A stretch of DNA of 63,773 nucleotides, filler included, from Caldilineae bacterium (GTDB taxonomy: Bacteria > Chloroflexota > Anaerolineae > DTLA01), in the NCBI GenBank assembly GCA_037446815.1. It is 3 parts of 3 records of this genome, joined end to end, with 100 filler letters (N's around TTAATTAATTAA, not from the genome) between each part and the next. Parts side by side here need not be neighbours in the genome. Positions count along the whole stretch, not along the records: positions 22,697 to 45,229 come from JBBIHX010000038.1; 2 more parts are not named here. One strand, 5' to 3'. The position numbers and the translations under genes were made by a program. Numbering within the stretch: position 1 is the first letter of the stretch; each line of letters starts with the position of its first letter. This document shows, piece after piece, positions 27,508-36,720 of this stretch. Under the pieces are notes generated by a model. It saw only the letters and a program-made list of their open reading frames with translations. It was not told where the DNA came from and searched no databases.

Positions 27508-30500
27508 ATGAGCCGATCCGGGTCTTCATCCCAACTCGGCGACGCCGACTACAGGGCGCTGTTTGATGGCCTGCCCGTCGGCGTGTACCGCACGACGCCC
27601 GATGGCCGGGTCCTGATGGCCAACCCCGCGCTCGCCCGCATGTTGGGCTACGCCTCGCCCGAAGAACTGATGCGGCTCAATTTGGAGAAAGAGAGCCTAG
27701 GCGACGAGTACTCCCGCGCCGAGTTCAAGAAGCGCATGGAGCGCGACGGCTTCATCGTGGGCTGGGAGACATCGTGGGTGCGCCGCGACGGGAGCCGTGT
27801 CTTCGTGCGCGAATCGGCCCGGGCCATCCGCGACGACAGCGGCAAGATTTTGTATTACGAGGGCGTTGTGGAGGACATCTCCGAGCGCAAGCAGGCCGAG
27901 GAGGCGCTGAGGGCGTCGGAAGAGCGGCTGCGCATCCTGTTTGAGTACGCGCCCGACGCTTACTATCTCAGCGACCTGAAGGGCGTGTTCGTGGACGGCA
28001 ACCGCGCGGCCGAGGAGATGGTGGGCTACAAACGGGAGGAACTCATCGGCGGGAGTTTTCTGAAGTTGAAACTCCTCTCGCCGTCGCAGATCCCGCGGGC
28101 GGCGGCGCTCCTGGCCCGCAATCTCCTGGGGCAGCCCACCGGCCCCGATGAGTTCATCCTCACCCGCAAGGACGGCTCCAAGGTCGTAGCGGAGATTCGC
28201 ACATACCCCGTCAAGATTCACGGGCAGTCGCTGGTGTTGGGCATCGCCCGCGACGTAACCGCGCGCAAGGAAGCGGAGCGGCAGATCGCCGAGCGTCGGC
28301 TGTACCTGGAGGCGGTGCTGGCCGCCGCGCCCGACGCCATCATCACGCTGGACGCGCAGCACCGCGTGGCGGAGTGGAACGCGGGGGCCGAGCGCCTGTT
28401 CGGCTACACCCGCGACGAGGCTGTCGGCAAGAACCTGGACGACCTCATCGCTACGGCTCATGCTCGCTCCGAGGCCACCGCCCTCACTACGCAGGTGATG
28501 AGCGGCGAGGCCGTCCCGCCCACCGAGGTCATCCGCTATCGCAAGGACGGCTCGCCGGTGAATGTCATCGTCGCAGCGTCGCCTGTGCTCGTGGAGGGGC
28601 ACTTCATCGGCGCGGTGGCCGTGTACGCCGACATCACCGAGCGCAAACGGGCCGAAGAGGCCCTGCGAGAGAGCCAGGAGCGACTTCAAGACTTCCTGGA
28701 CAACGCCACAGACCTGATTCAGATGGTGGACATGCAGGGGCGGTTCTTGTACGTCAATCGCGCGTGGCGCAAGGCCCTGGGGTATTCCGAGGCCGAGGTC
28801 CCCGGCCTGACCCTGCCGGACATCATCCACCCTGACTCCATGGATCACTGCATGCGGCTGTTCGGGGACATGGCCGCAGGGCAGTGCAATGTGGTGAACG
28901 TGGAGGCGACGTTCATCACCAAGGATGGCCGGCCGATTCAGGTGGAAGGGAACGTATCCTGTCGCATGGAGAACGGCAAGCCCATCTCCACGCGGGGCAT
29001 CTTCCGCGACATCACCGAGCGCAAACGGGCCGAAGAGGCCCTGCGAGAGAGCGAGGCCCGCTACCGCGCCCTGTTTGACAACATCCCCATTGGCCTGTAC
29101 CGCACCGCGCCCGACGGGCGCATCCTGGACGCGAATCCGGCCCTGCTGGAGATGCTGGGGTACGCAAGCCTGGAGGAATTGCAGCGCGTCAGCGCCGGCG
29201 ACGTGTACCTGAACCCCGCCGACCGCGCGCGCCAACAGGAGATTTTGGAGCGCGACGGAGTGGCGCGCGCCTTTGAGCAGCAGATGCGTCGCAAGGATGG
29301 CTCGGTCATCTGGGTCCTGGATAACGTCCGCGCCATCCGCGATGCCGACGGCCGCATCGTCTGGTACGAGGGCAGCCTGGAGGATATCACCGAGCGCAAG
29401 CGGGTGCAGGAGGAACTCCGCAAGGCAAAGGAAGCCGCCGAGGCCGCCAATCGCGCCAAGAGCGAGTTCCTGGCCAACATCAGCCACGAAATCCGCACCC
29501 CCATGAACGGTATTATCGGCATGACCGAACTCGCCCTGGATACCGAACTCACGCCCGAACAGCGCGAGTATCTCACCATGGCGCGCAACTCCGCCGAATC
29601 GCTCCTGCGCATCCTCAACGACATCCTGGACTTCTCCAAGATTGAGGCAGGCAAACTGGACATGGAATCCGTCCCGTTCAGCCTGCGCGACTGCCTGGGC
29701 GACACGATGAAGGCGCTGGCGGTGCGCGCGCACAACAAGGGCCTGGAACTGGCCATGGACATCCCGCCCCATGTCCCAGATGCCCTGGTGGGGGATCCCG
29801 GACGGCTTCGCCAGATCGTGGCCAACCTGGTGGGCAACGCCATCAAGTTCACCGAGATGGGCGAGGTGGTGCTGTTCGTGGAGTGCGCCGAGGAGACGGA
29901 CGAGGAAGCGGTCTTGCAGTTCGCCGTGGCCGACACGGGCATCGGCATCCCGAAGGAGCGCCAGCAAGCCATCTTTGAGGCGTTCACGCAGGCCGACAGT
30001 TCTACCACACGCCAGTACGGGGGTACCGGCCTGGGTCTGACCATCTCGTCGCGGCTGGTGCAGATGATGGGCGGCAAACTGTGGGTTGAGAGCGAAGTGG
30101 GCGTCGGCAGCACGTTCTACTTCACGGCCCGATTCGGCATCCAGAAGGGCGTGAGTGTCTGGCCCACGGCGGAACTGGGCGACCTGCGCGGCCTGCCCGT
30201 CCTGGTGGTGGATGACAACGAGACCAATCGGCGCATCTTGCAGGCTATGCTGACCTCGTGGGGATGCCGGCCGGTGCCCGCGGCGAGTGGCCGCGAGGCG
30301 CTGGCCCTGGCGCGGGATGCTGCCAAGAAGGGCCGCCCCTTCCCGCTGCTCCTCACCGACGTGCGCATGCCCGAGATGGACGGCTTCATGCTGGTGGAGC
30401 AGGTTCATGGGGACGCAGCGCTGGCCGATGTGCGGGTCATCGTCCTCTCGTCGGCGGGCATGGTGGGCGACGCGGCGCGCTGCCGGGAATTGAACGTGTG

Positions 30501-31389
30501 CGCATACCTCATCAAGCCGGTCAAGCAATCCGAATTGCTGAACGCCATCCTGACGGTGATGGCTCCCAAGGAGGCCGAGGTCGCCCCGCCGCCCTTGGTT
30601 ACGCGCCACACGCTGCGCGAGATGCGCAGCCGCGTGCGCGTGCTCCTGGCCGAGGACAACCCGGTGAACCAGCGCCTGGCAGTGCGACTCCTGGAGAAGC
30701 GCGGCCACCTCGTTACCGTCGCAAACAACGGGCAGGAGGCGCTGGCAGCGCTGGAACGCGAAACGTTTGATGTGGTGCTCATGGATGTGGAGATGCCGGT
30801 CATGGATGGATTCGCGGCGACGGCCGAAATCCGCAAGCGCGAACAGGAGACCGGCCGGCATATCCCCATCGTGGCGATGACCGCCCATGCGATGAAGGGC
30901 GACCGCGAGCGGTGCCTGGCGGCCGGCATGGACGACTACGTGCCCAAGCCCCTGCGCGTAGAGCAACTGATGGCGGTCATAGATCGCCTGACTTCCGGCC
31001 GCAGCGAGGCGCCAGCGCCTGCCCAGGCGGAGGCGGCGGTGGGAGCAGAACCGGCGTTTCGCATGGACGTGGCGCTGGAGCGCGTGGGCGGCGATGAAGA
31101 CCTGCTGCGCGAAATCGCGGGCATGTTCCTGGAGGAGTCGCAGGGACTGCTGGAGCAGGTGCAGCAGGCCATCGCCGAGGGGGACGCTACCCTGCTCAGG
31201 CGGGCAGGCCACACGCTGAAGGGCCTGGCGCGGAACTTCGGGGCGGAGGAGGCGGCGCAGGCGGCGCTGGCGGTGGAGCAAATCGGCGATGAGGGCCGCA
31301 TGGACGAGGCACCAGCGGCGGCGACGCGATTGCGGGCCGAGGTGGACCGGCTCTGCCAGGCCCTGCGCGAGTTCTTGGGAACGCAATAG
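27508..31389 (+). CDS. Cytoplasmic hybrid histidine kinase (5 PAS, HisKA, HATPase, 2 REC, Hpt)
   Basis: Five PAS/PAC modules ending D(I/V)(T/S)x[20 protein letters not shown], two receivers, HTLKG Hpt. Confidence 0.93.
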   Translation: MSRSGSSSQLGDADYRALFDGLPVGVYRTTPDGRVLMANPALARMLGYASPEELMRLNLEKESLGDEYSRAEFKKRMERDGFIVGWETSWVRRDGSRVFVRESARAIRDDSGKILYYEGVVEDISERKQAEEALRASEERLRILFEYAPDAYYLSDLKGVFVDGNRAAEEMVGYKREELIGGSFLKLKLLSPSQIPRAAALLARNLLGQPTGPDEFILTRKDGSKVVAEIRTYPVKIHGQSLVLGIARDVTARKEAERQIAERRLYLEAVLAAAPDAIITLDAQHRVAEWNAGAERLFGYTRDEAVGKNLDDLIATAHARSEATALTTQVMSGEAVPPTEVIRYRKDGSPVNVIVAASPVLVEGHFIGAVAVYADITERKRAEEALRESQERLQDFLDNATDLIQMVDMQGRFLYVNRAWRKALGYSEAEVPGLTLPDIIHPDSMDHCMRLFGDMAAGQCNVVNVEATFITKDGRPIQVEGNVSCRMENGKPISTRGIFRDITERKRAEEALRESEARYRALFDNIPIGLYRTAPDGRILDANPALLEMLGYASLEELQRVSAGDVYLNPADRARQQEILERDGVARAFEQQMRRKDGSVIWVLDNVRAIRDADGRIVWYEGSLEDITERKRVQEELRKAKEAAEAANRAKSEFLANISHEIRTPMNGIIGMTELALDTELTPEQREYLTMARNSAESLLRILNDILDFSKIEAGKLDMESVPFSLRDCLGDTMKALAVRAHNKGLELAMDIPPHVPDALVGDPGRLRQIVANLVGNAIKFTEMGEVVLFVECAEETDEEAVLQFAVADTGIGIPKERQQAIFEAFTQADSSTTRQYGGTGLGLTISSRLVQMMGGKLWVESEVGVGSTFYFTARFGIQKGVSVWPTAELGDLRGLPVLVVDDNETNRRILQAMLTSWGCRPVPAASGREALALARDAAKKGRPFPLLLTDVRMPEMDGFMLVEQVHGDAALADVRVIVLSSAGMVGDAARCRELNVCAYLIKPVKQSELLNAILTVMAPKEAEVAPPPLVTRHTLREMRSRVRVLLAEDNPVNQRLAVRLLEKRGHLVTVANNGQEALAALERETFDVVLMDVEMPVMDGFAATAEIRKREQETGRHIPIVAMTAHAMKGDRERCLAAGMDDYVPKPLRVEQLMAVIDRLTSGRSEAPAPAQAEAAVGAEPAFRMDVALERVGGDEDLLREIAGMFLEESQGLLEQVQQAIAEGDATLLRRAGHTLKGLARNFGAEEAAQAALAVEQIGDEGRMDEAPAAATRLRAEVDRLCQALREFLGTQ

Positions 31390-31456
31390 GATTCACCGCG
31401 GAGACGGAGAGCACGCAGAGAAAAATCAGAATTCCTCCGCGCCCTCTCCGTCTCTG

Positions 31457-31606
31457 CATTCGGTTCCATCTTGTGTTGGTGAACCGTAGGCATACTCTCC
31501 TCGTGTGTCATTGCGAGCGAAGCGAGGCAATCCCACGCCCCGGAGGTTGCTTCGGGCGCTCTGCGCCCTCGCAATGACAGCCACCAACAGACTTTGGAAT
31601 CGCCTC
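31457..31606. mobile_element. MITE copy 5, inserted into a CACCGCGGAGAC repeat
   Basis: Same termini; flanks CGTCTCTG/CGTCCCTG (7/8). Confidence 0.78.
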
Positions 31607-31655
31607 CGTCCCTGCGGTGCAGTCAGCGTTCTCCGCGGTGAATCCAGCCGCAGGG

Positions 31656-32723
31656 CTACCCGCCGCTCTCCGCCAGCCGGCGCTTCACGTGGCCGATGTT
31701 GGCGATGCGTGTCGGGTCCTCGCCGTTCAGCAGCGCCAGATAGTAACTCACCCAGTCGCCGAAGTGCACCAGGCTCAGCACCTCGGCCAGGCGACTCCCC
31801 CCTCTGGGACGCACCGCTTCCCACGCGATGCCGTTCCTGTCCAGCACCTCGCCCGTGATGTCGCAGCGCAGGGCGTTGCGCGGGTGGTAGCGCTCGGACC
31901 GCAGGATGAACACGGTGAGCGGCGCGCCAACACCGTCGGGATGGCCGAACCCCTCCACGACGTTATGGCATAGTTCCGGCAGGATGGCGTGCCCCGCGAA
32001 GTTCTTGGCGTTCTCGTTGAACTGGCCTTGCCACCGCGCGGCGACCTGGGCCAGGTGCTCCGCGCCGTAGGCGAAGGGGATGCGGCCGCGCAGCCGCAGC
32101 GCCATCTGCTTGGCGGCGTTTTCCTCGGCGGGCACGCGCGGGGCCAGTTCCGCGCCCCAGTGTTCCACGACGGCAGCAGCATCGGATACGTCGGCGCTCT
32201 TGTCGGCCACCCAGCCCAACTTCTGCGCGATGGCGAGCAGCGGGATGAGGGAATATCCCAGCGCCGCGCGGGGTTGGCCCTTGAACGGAATCGTGTACGT
32301 GGGCGCGCCCCACTCTTTGGCCAGGCGCAGGAGTTCGCCGCCCGACGCCAGGGCGATGATGCGCGCGCCGCGCTCGCGGGCCTGCCGCGCCGCCGACAGC
32401 GTCTCCTCGGTGTTGCCCGAATACGACGAGGCGATGACCAGCGTCCGCTCGTCCACGAAGGCGGGCAGGTCATAGTCGCGGCTGATGACGAGGGGCACAG
32501 GGCACTCCCCGGCGATAATGCCCTGCAGCAGCGCCCCGCCGATGGCCGACCCGCCCATGCCGGCGATGACGGCATTCTCGGCCAGGGCGTAGTCCGGCGG
32601 CAAGGCCAACTCGCGCGCCGCCGCCCATGCCTCGCGGCAGTGCCGGGGCAGGTCGGCAATGGCCTCGCCCATGCCCGACGGGTCCAGTTTCCGCATCGCG
32701 TCCACATCGTCTAGAAGTTCCAC
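31656..32723 (-). CDS. Bifunctional phosphoglucose/phosphomannose isomerase
   Basis: GMGGSAIGG, SYSGNTEETL, QPRAA, FNENAK, PELCHN, DWVSYYLA. Confidence 0.92.
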   Translation of the reverse strand: MELLDDVDAMRKLDPSGMGEAIADLPRHCREAWAAARELALPPDYALAENAVIAGMGGSAIGGALLQGIIAGECPVPLVISRDYDLPAFVDERTLVIASSYSGNTEETLSAARQARERGARIIALASGGELLRLAKEWGAPTYTIPFKGQPRAALGYSLIPLLAIAQKLGWVADKSADVSDAAAVVEHWGAELAPRVPAEENAAKQMALRLRGRIPFAYGAEHLAQVAARWQGQFNENAKNFAGHAILPELCHNVVEGFGHPDGVGAPLTVFILRSERYHPRNALRCDITGEVLDRNGIAWEAVRPRGGSRLAEVLSLVHFGDWVSYYLALLNGEDPTRIANIGHVKRRLAESGG

Positions 32724-32751
32724 ATGTCCTCCCGTGTTTCACCGCATGGAC

Positions 32752-33633
32752 TCACCGCCGGGGCGCGGAGGACGCGGAGGAAGCGCCCGATTCTCCCTGT
32801 GCGTCCTGCGCCTCCCCGGCGATCTGTCGCGTCATTGAGTAGAGCAGGCGTTTGCGCCAGCCGGAGCGGGCGGCTACGTCCGCCGCGGCGTCGCGCACGC
32901 TCCAGCCCGCGGCCAGACGCTGGGCCAGCGCCGCCCGCACCTGCTCCTCGCTCCACGCCTGCGGCTCGGCGGCGCCGCCGATGACGAGCGTGAACTCGCC
33001 GCGCGGCGCATGCTCGGCGAAGTGCGCCCGCGCGCCGGATACCGTCCCCCGCCACATCTCCTCGTGCACCTTGGTCAACTCGCGGGCGATGGCCACGGGG
33101 CGGTCGCCCAGCGTGTCCAGGATGTCGGCTAGGGTATCCAGGAGGCGGTGCGGGGCTTCGTACAGCACCAGGGTTCGCCGCTCCCCGCGCAATGCCTCAA
33201 GCGCCCTGCGCCGCTCGCCGGCCTTGCGCGGCAGGAAGCCGACGTAGACGAAAGCGTCCGTCGGCAGGCCCGATGCGGCCAGCGCCGCGACGATGGCCGA
33301 GGGCCCTGGCACCGGCACCACCGGGAAGCCGCGCTCCAGCGCCGCCCGCACCAGTTCGTAGCCCGGGTCGGAGATGCCTGGCATCCCCGCGTCCGACACC
33401 AGGGCCACGTCGCCCGTCTCCAGCGCCGCCAAGATGGCGTCCAATTTGGCGAGTTTGTTGTGTTCAAAGTAACTGGTGGTGGGCGTGTGGATGTCGTAGC
33501 GCGCCAGCAGCGTGCGCGTGTGGCGCGTGTCCTCGGCGGCGATGAGGGAGACCTCGCGCAGGATGCGCAGCGCCCGCAGAGTGATGTCCTCCAGATTGCC
33601 GATGGGTGTCCCCACCAGATACAGCGTGCCCAC
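32752..33633 (-). CDS. rsmI: 16S rRNA (cytidine1402-2'-O)-methyltransferase
   Basis: GTPIGNLEDITLRAL, AAEDTR, SDAGMPGISDPG, YEAPHRL, RELTKVHEE. Confidence 0.95.
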   Translation of the reverse strand: MGTLYLVGTPIGNLEDITLRALRILREVSLIAAEDTRHTRTLLARYDIHTPTTSYFEHNKLAKLDAILAALETGDVALVSDAGMPGISDPGYELVRAALERGFPVVPVPGPSAIVAALAASGLPTDAFVYVGFLPRKAGERRRALEALRGERRTLVLYEAPHRLLDTLADILDTLGDRPVAIARELTKVHEEMWRGTVSGARAHFAEHAPRGEFTLVIGGAAEPQAWSEEQVRAALAQRLAAGWSVRDAAADVAARSGWRKRLLYSMTRQIAGEAQDAQGESGASSASSAPRR

Positions 33634-33716
33634 CGTTCCCTCCTTGAGCGCCCGCATTATAGTCCGATGGGCGCGGTGTGTCCATTTTGCGCGGGGCGCG
33701 GCTGGGGGATGAGATG

Positions 33717-33900
33717 CACCACGGAGAGCGCGGAGGGCGCGGAGCATGCAGAGAAAAATCAAAATCCCTCTGCGCCCTCTCCGTCTCCGCGGTGCAGTAA
33801 GCGTTCACCGCGGAGATGCAAGACGCCGAGACAACCCGGAGGGCGCGGAGAAACCTAAGAAAAACCCTGCGTCCTTTGCGCTCCCCGCGCGTTCACCCCC
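33717..33900. repeat. Tandem CACCGCGGAGA..GCAGAG/CTCTGC..CCGCGGTG hairpin repeats
   Basis: Two adjacent imperfect palindromes; same family near 22944, 31394, 32754 and 40667-40980. Confidence 0.65.
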
Positions 33901-33967
33901 AGAGGATGAAAACGGTGCTGCCGATTTTCGGATCGGGGCATGCGGAACGTCGCCATACCCCTGCCTG

Positions 33968-33980
33968 CCCTTATCAACGC
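33968..33980 (+). promoter_or_regulatory. Upstream motif CCCTTATCAACGC (copy B, connector/tail leader)
   Basis: Exact match to the motif upstream of the terminase gene. Confidence 0.55.
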
Positions 33981-34030
33981 GGGCCACGCGTGTTACAACA
34001 GGGCCAACGACCTGCAATGGGAGGTTCGCC

Positions 34031-34476
34031 ATGCCCTTCGCCAATCGCAGCGAATTCCTTGCCGCCATCGCCCGCGACCTGGGCGACCCCGACGGCGCTA
34101 CCTGGACGTCGGACGACCTGTCCCGCGCCCTGGATCATGCGCTCAGCGACCTGGCCGATGCCATCGGCGCGCCGGCCTCGGTGGATGTCCCCGCCGATGG
34201 CTCCGACACCTACGACCTGGCCGCCCATCCGGACANNNNNNNNNNNNNNNNNNNNNNNNNNNNNNNNNNNNNNNNNNNNNNNNNNNNNNNNNNNNNNNNN
34301 NNNNNNNNNNNNNNNNNNNNNNNNNNNNNNNNNNNTGGGTGTCGCGCCGCTACGAACTCCAGGGCCAGCGGCTCCAGGCGCAGTTCCGCGACGCGCTGGC
34401 CGAACTGCGCCAGGCCCGCGAAGATGTGCCGTACTGCCCAGGCCAGACCCCTGCGTGGTACGATGCCGACGAGTAG
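34031..34476 (+). CDS. Putative phage head-tail connector/adaptor-like protein (interrupted by 100-N gap)
   Basis: N-terminus ARDLGDPDGATWTSDDLSRALDHAL resembles gp15/gp6-type adaptor starts; RBS GGAGG; helical C-terminus after the gap. Confidence 0.55.
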
Positions 34477-34526
34477 CATCGCCGCCCCGAGCGTGAGCGA
34501 CTGACATCTTGCCGCGGAGGTGCGGG

Positions 34527-36449
34527 ATGATTCCCATGTCCGAAACCTTGCAGGCGGCGGTGAAGTCGGAGCGGCGGGTCCCATGCGCCCGCCTCTCCAT
34601 CCGCGACCGGCAACTGCGCTGGTCGGCGATCCATGGGGACGGGGACGAGAGCGCGCTCCAGACGGCGCTGGCGGTGGCGTCCGGCGGGGCGTGGGTGCGG
34701 GCGCGGCTTGGGGCGGGAGGCGCGTTCCAGGTTCAGCGCATCGCCGACCCCGAAGACCCCGACGATTGGGAAGCCTGGGACACGTTGCTCTCCTCGGGCG
34801 CGGCCAACGATGTCGCCATCGCCGCCGAGGGCAACCTCGCGCGCGCCTTCTGCATCGTGGCCGAGAGCGGCGCGTGGCGGGTCAAGGTGTGGGTCTCCGG
34901 CGACGGCGGCGCGACGTGGGCGGGGCCGGCCGTCGCCTGCGAGTCCTCCGCGGCCATCACCAGCGTTGCCAGCCCCGCGCCCGACGCCATCGCCTGGACG
35001 TCCGGCGGCATCCTGCGCCTGTCGCTATGGGATGGCGCGGCGTGGGGCGAGGCGGCGGCGTGGAGCGCGGGCGCCGTCCTGGCCGATTACGGCATCGCGT
35101 GCGCGCGGCGCGATGGCGTGTACCGCTTCCTCCAGGCCGGGCTTCTCGCCGACGGCGCGTACCTGCGGGCCGTGTCGTGGGATGGCGTGGCCTGGTCCGA
35201 GCCGTGCGCGGTCGTCCCCACAGGCATCCCCGCCGATACGCTCATCCCCCGCTGGCCGTCGCTGGCATGGATTGGCGATCGCCATCTCGCGGCCTACCTG
35301 GACACCTTCGCCGGCAGCCTGACCTACCAGACGCCCACCGTGCGTTTCTCCTGGGACTTTGAGCACTGGTCCTATCCGTGCGCCCTCAACCTCAACTCGG
35401 ACGGGCCGACGCGGGCCAACATCGCCCTGGACGCGGATCGGGCCGTGGCCGTCATGGAGAACTCGGCGCTGGCGGCTTCGCTGGGGCGCTCGCTGGAAGG
35501 ATTCGCCGGCATCTTGCGGGCGGAACGGGTAGAGGCCGAGGGCTATGGCTCGCTGCGAATGCTGCTGCACGGCGACGCCGCGCTGGAGTGCGCGCCCCTG
35601 TTGCCCTACGCGGAGGCGGTGCTGAGCCTGGGGTATCGCACCCAGGCGGGGTGGGAAAGCGTTGAGGCCGCGCCCATGTACATCGCCTCGGTGCACCGCG
35701 CCCGCGGCGAATCGCGGCCCGGAGCCGAGGTGCTCGTGCACGCCCGTGATGGCTGGGGCCTTCTGGTCGAATGGCAGGCGCTGACGACCGAGGCGTGGGA
35801 GAACGTCTCGCTGGGCTGGCTGCTGGCGGAAATCCTGATGCGGGCGGCGGGGTTGCGCCTGCGAACGGACAACGCGCCCGCGTGGGAGGCCACGGTGGCC
35901 CGGTTCGCCATTCCGCGCGGCGCGCACGGTCATGCCGTCGTTCGCCAACTGCTGCGCCACGCCGGGGCGCGTGCGCGGTGGGACGCAGACGGCTCCCTGT
36001 ACGCCTTCCTGCCGGCCGCCCAGCCGTGGGCCTGCGACTGGGCATTTGACGCCGAGGTTGCGCGGGCGAGGCATGGCGTGGCCAGCGCGGGCGTTACGCT
36101 GGCGCGGGTCGCGGGGCTGTACCCGGCCATGGGCCAAGCGCAGGACGCGTGCGCCGCCCAGCAGCAAGGCCGGACCCTGGGCGCGGTGGCGGATGACGGG
36201 TACCTGACCACGTCCGCGCAGTGCGCCGAGGCCGCGGCGGCCCTGGTGGCCCAGGGGACGGCCCGCGCGCTGAGGGGCAGTCTCACCACGGCCATCGTCC
36301 CGGGGCTGCAGGTGCTGGACCGGGTTACGGTGGACGACCCCGCCCTCGGCCTTGTCGCCGCCGAACGCCGCGTGGTCGCCATTCGCACGGTGTGCGACGC
36401 CCTGCGCGGGGTCTGGCAGCAGACGGTGGACGTGGAGGGCCTCGCGTAG
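34527..36449 (+). CDS. Putative phage tail/baseplate-hub-like protein with N-terminal beta-propeller
   Basis: Asp-box SGDGGATW, Trp-rich beta region; C-terminal ...AEAAAALVAQ...GSLTTAIVPGLQVLDRVTVDD...RRVVAI typical of tail hub proteins. Confidence 0.6.
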   Translation: MIPMSETLQAAVKSERRVPCARLSIRDRQLRWSAIHGDGDESALQTALAVASGGAWVRARLGAGGAFQVQRIADPEDPDDWEAWDTLLSSGAANDVAIAAEGNLARAFCIVAESGAWRVKVWVSGDGGATWAGPAVACESSAAITSVASPAPDAIAWTSGGILRLSLWDGAAWGEAAAWSAGAVLADYGIACARRDGVYRFLQAGLLADGAYLRAVSWDGVAWSEPCAVVPTGIPADTLIPRWPSLAWIGDRHLAAYLDTFAGSLTYQTPTVRFSWDFEHWSYPCALNLNSDGPTRANIALDADRAVAVMENSALAASLGRSLEGFAGILRAERVEAEGYGSLRMLLHGDAALECAPLLPYAEAVLSLGYRTQAGWESVEAAPMYIASVHRARGESRPGAEVLVHARDGWGLLVEWQALTTEAWENVSLGWLLAEILMRAAGLRLRTDNAPAWEATVARFAIPRGAHGHAVVRQLLRHAGARARWDADGSLYAFLPAAQPWACDWAFDAEVARARHGVASAGVTLARVAGLYPAMGQAQDACAAQQQGRTLGAVADDGYLTTSAQCAEAAAALVAQGTARALRGSLTTAIVPGLQVLDRVTVDDPALGLVAAERRVVAIRTVCDALRGVWQQTVDVEGLA

Positions 36450-36667
36450 CGGCGCGATTCAATTGCGCCCCACGTTTTGCGTTCACGCCCTGGGCGCGTG
36501 CGGGGCCGGGACATCATGCGCCGATTGCCACAAACCCCGGCAGAACAGCGCACATGAATTCCCCCATCGCGACACTAGTTGTCGCGCACGTGCGTTATCT
36601 TTATGGGTAGGAAGCGGCATAAAACGGTCGCTGCTCGCTGTGCCGAGGGTTGTGCATGGCGCAACGC

Positions 36668-36696
36668 TTGACAGGGGAGAGAATTCCGTGTATCAT
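36668..36696 (+). promoter_or_regulatory. Sigma70-type promoter
   Basis: TTGACA-17 nt-TATCAT. Confidence 0.72.
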
Positions 36697-36720
36697 GTAT
36701 ACGCTAGTACGGAGGCTAGC

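Noticed and set aside
27697..31386. Very long antisense ORFs (e.g. 1229 aa here, 751 aa at 14566-16821, 691 aa at 18544-20619)
   Set aside because: Shadow ORFs of real genes in GC-rich DNA with no recognisable motifs
22818..36449. Intact prophage integrated at tRNA-Val
   Set aside because: No integrase and no duplicated tRNA 3' end; housekeeping genes are interleaved with the phage-like genes
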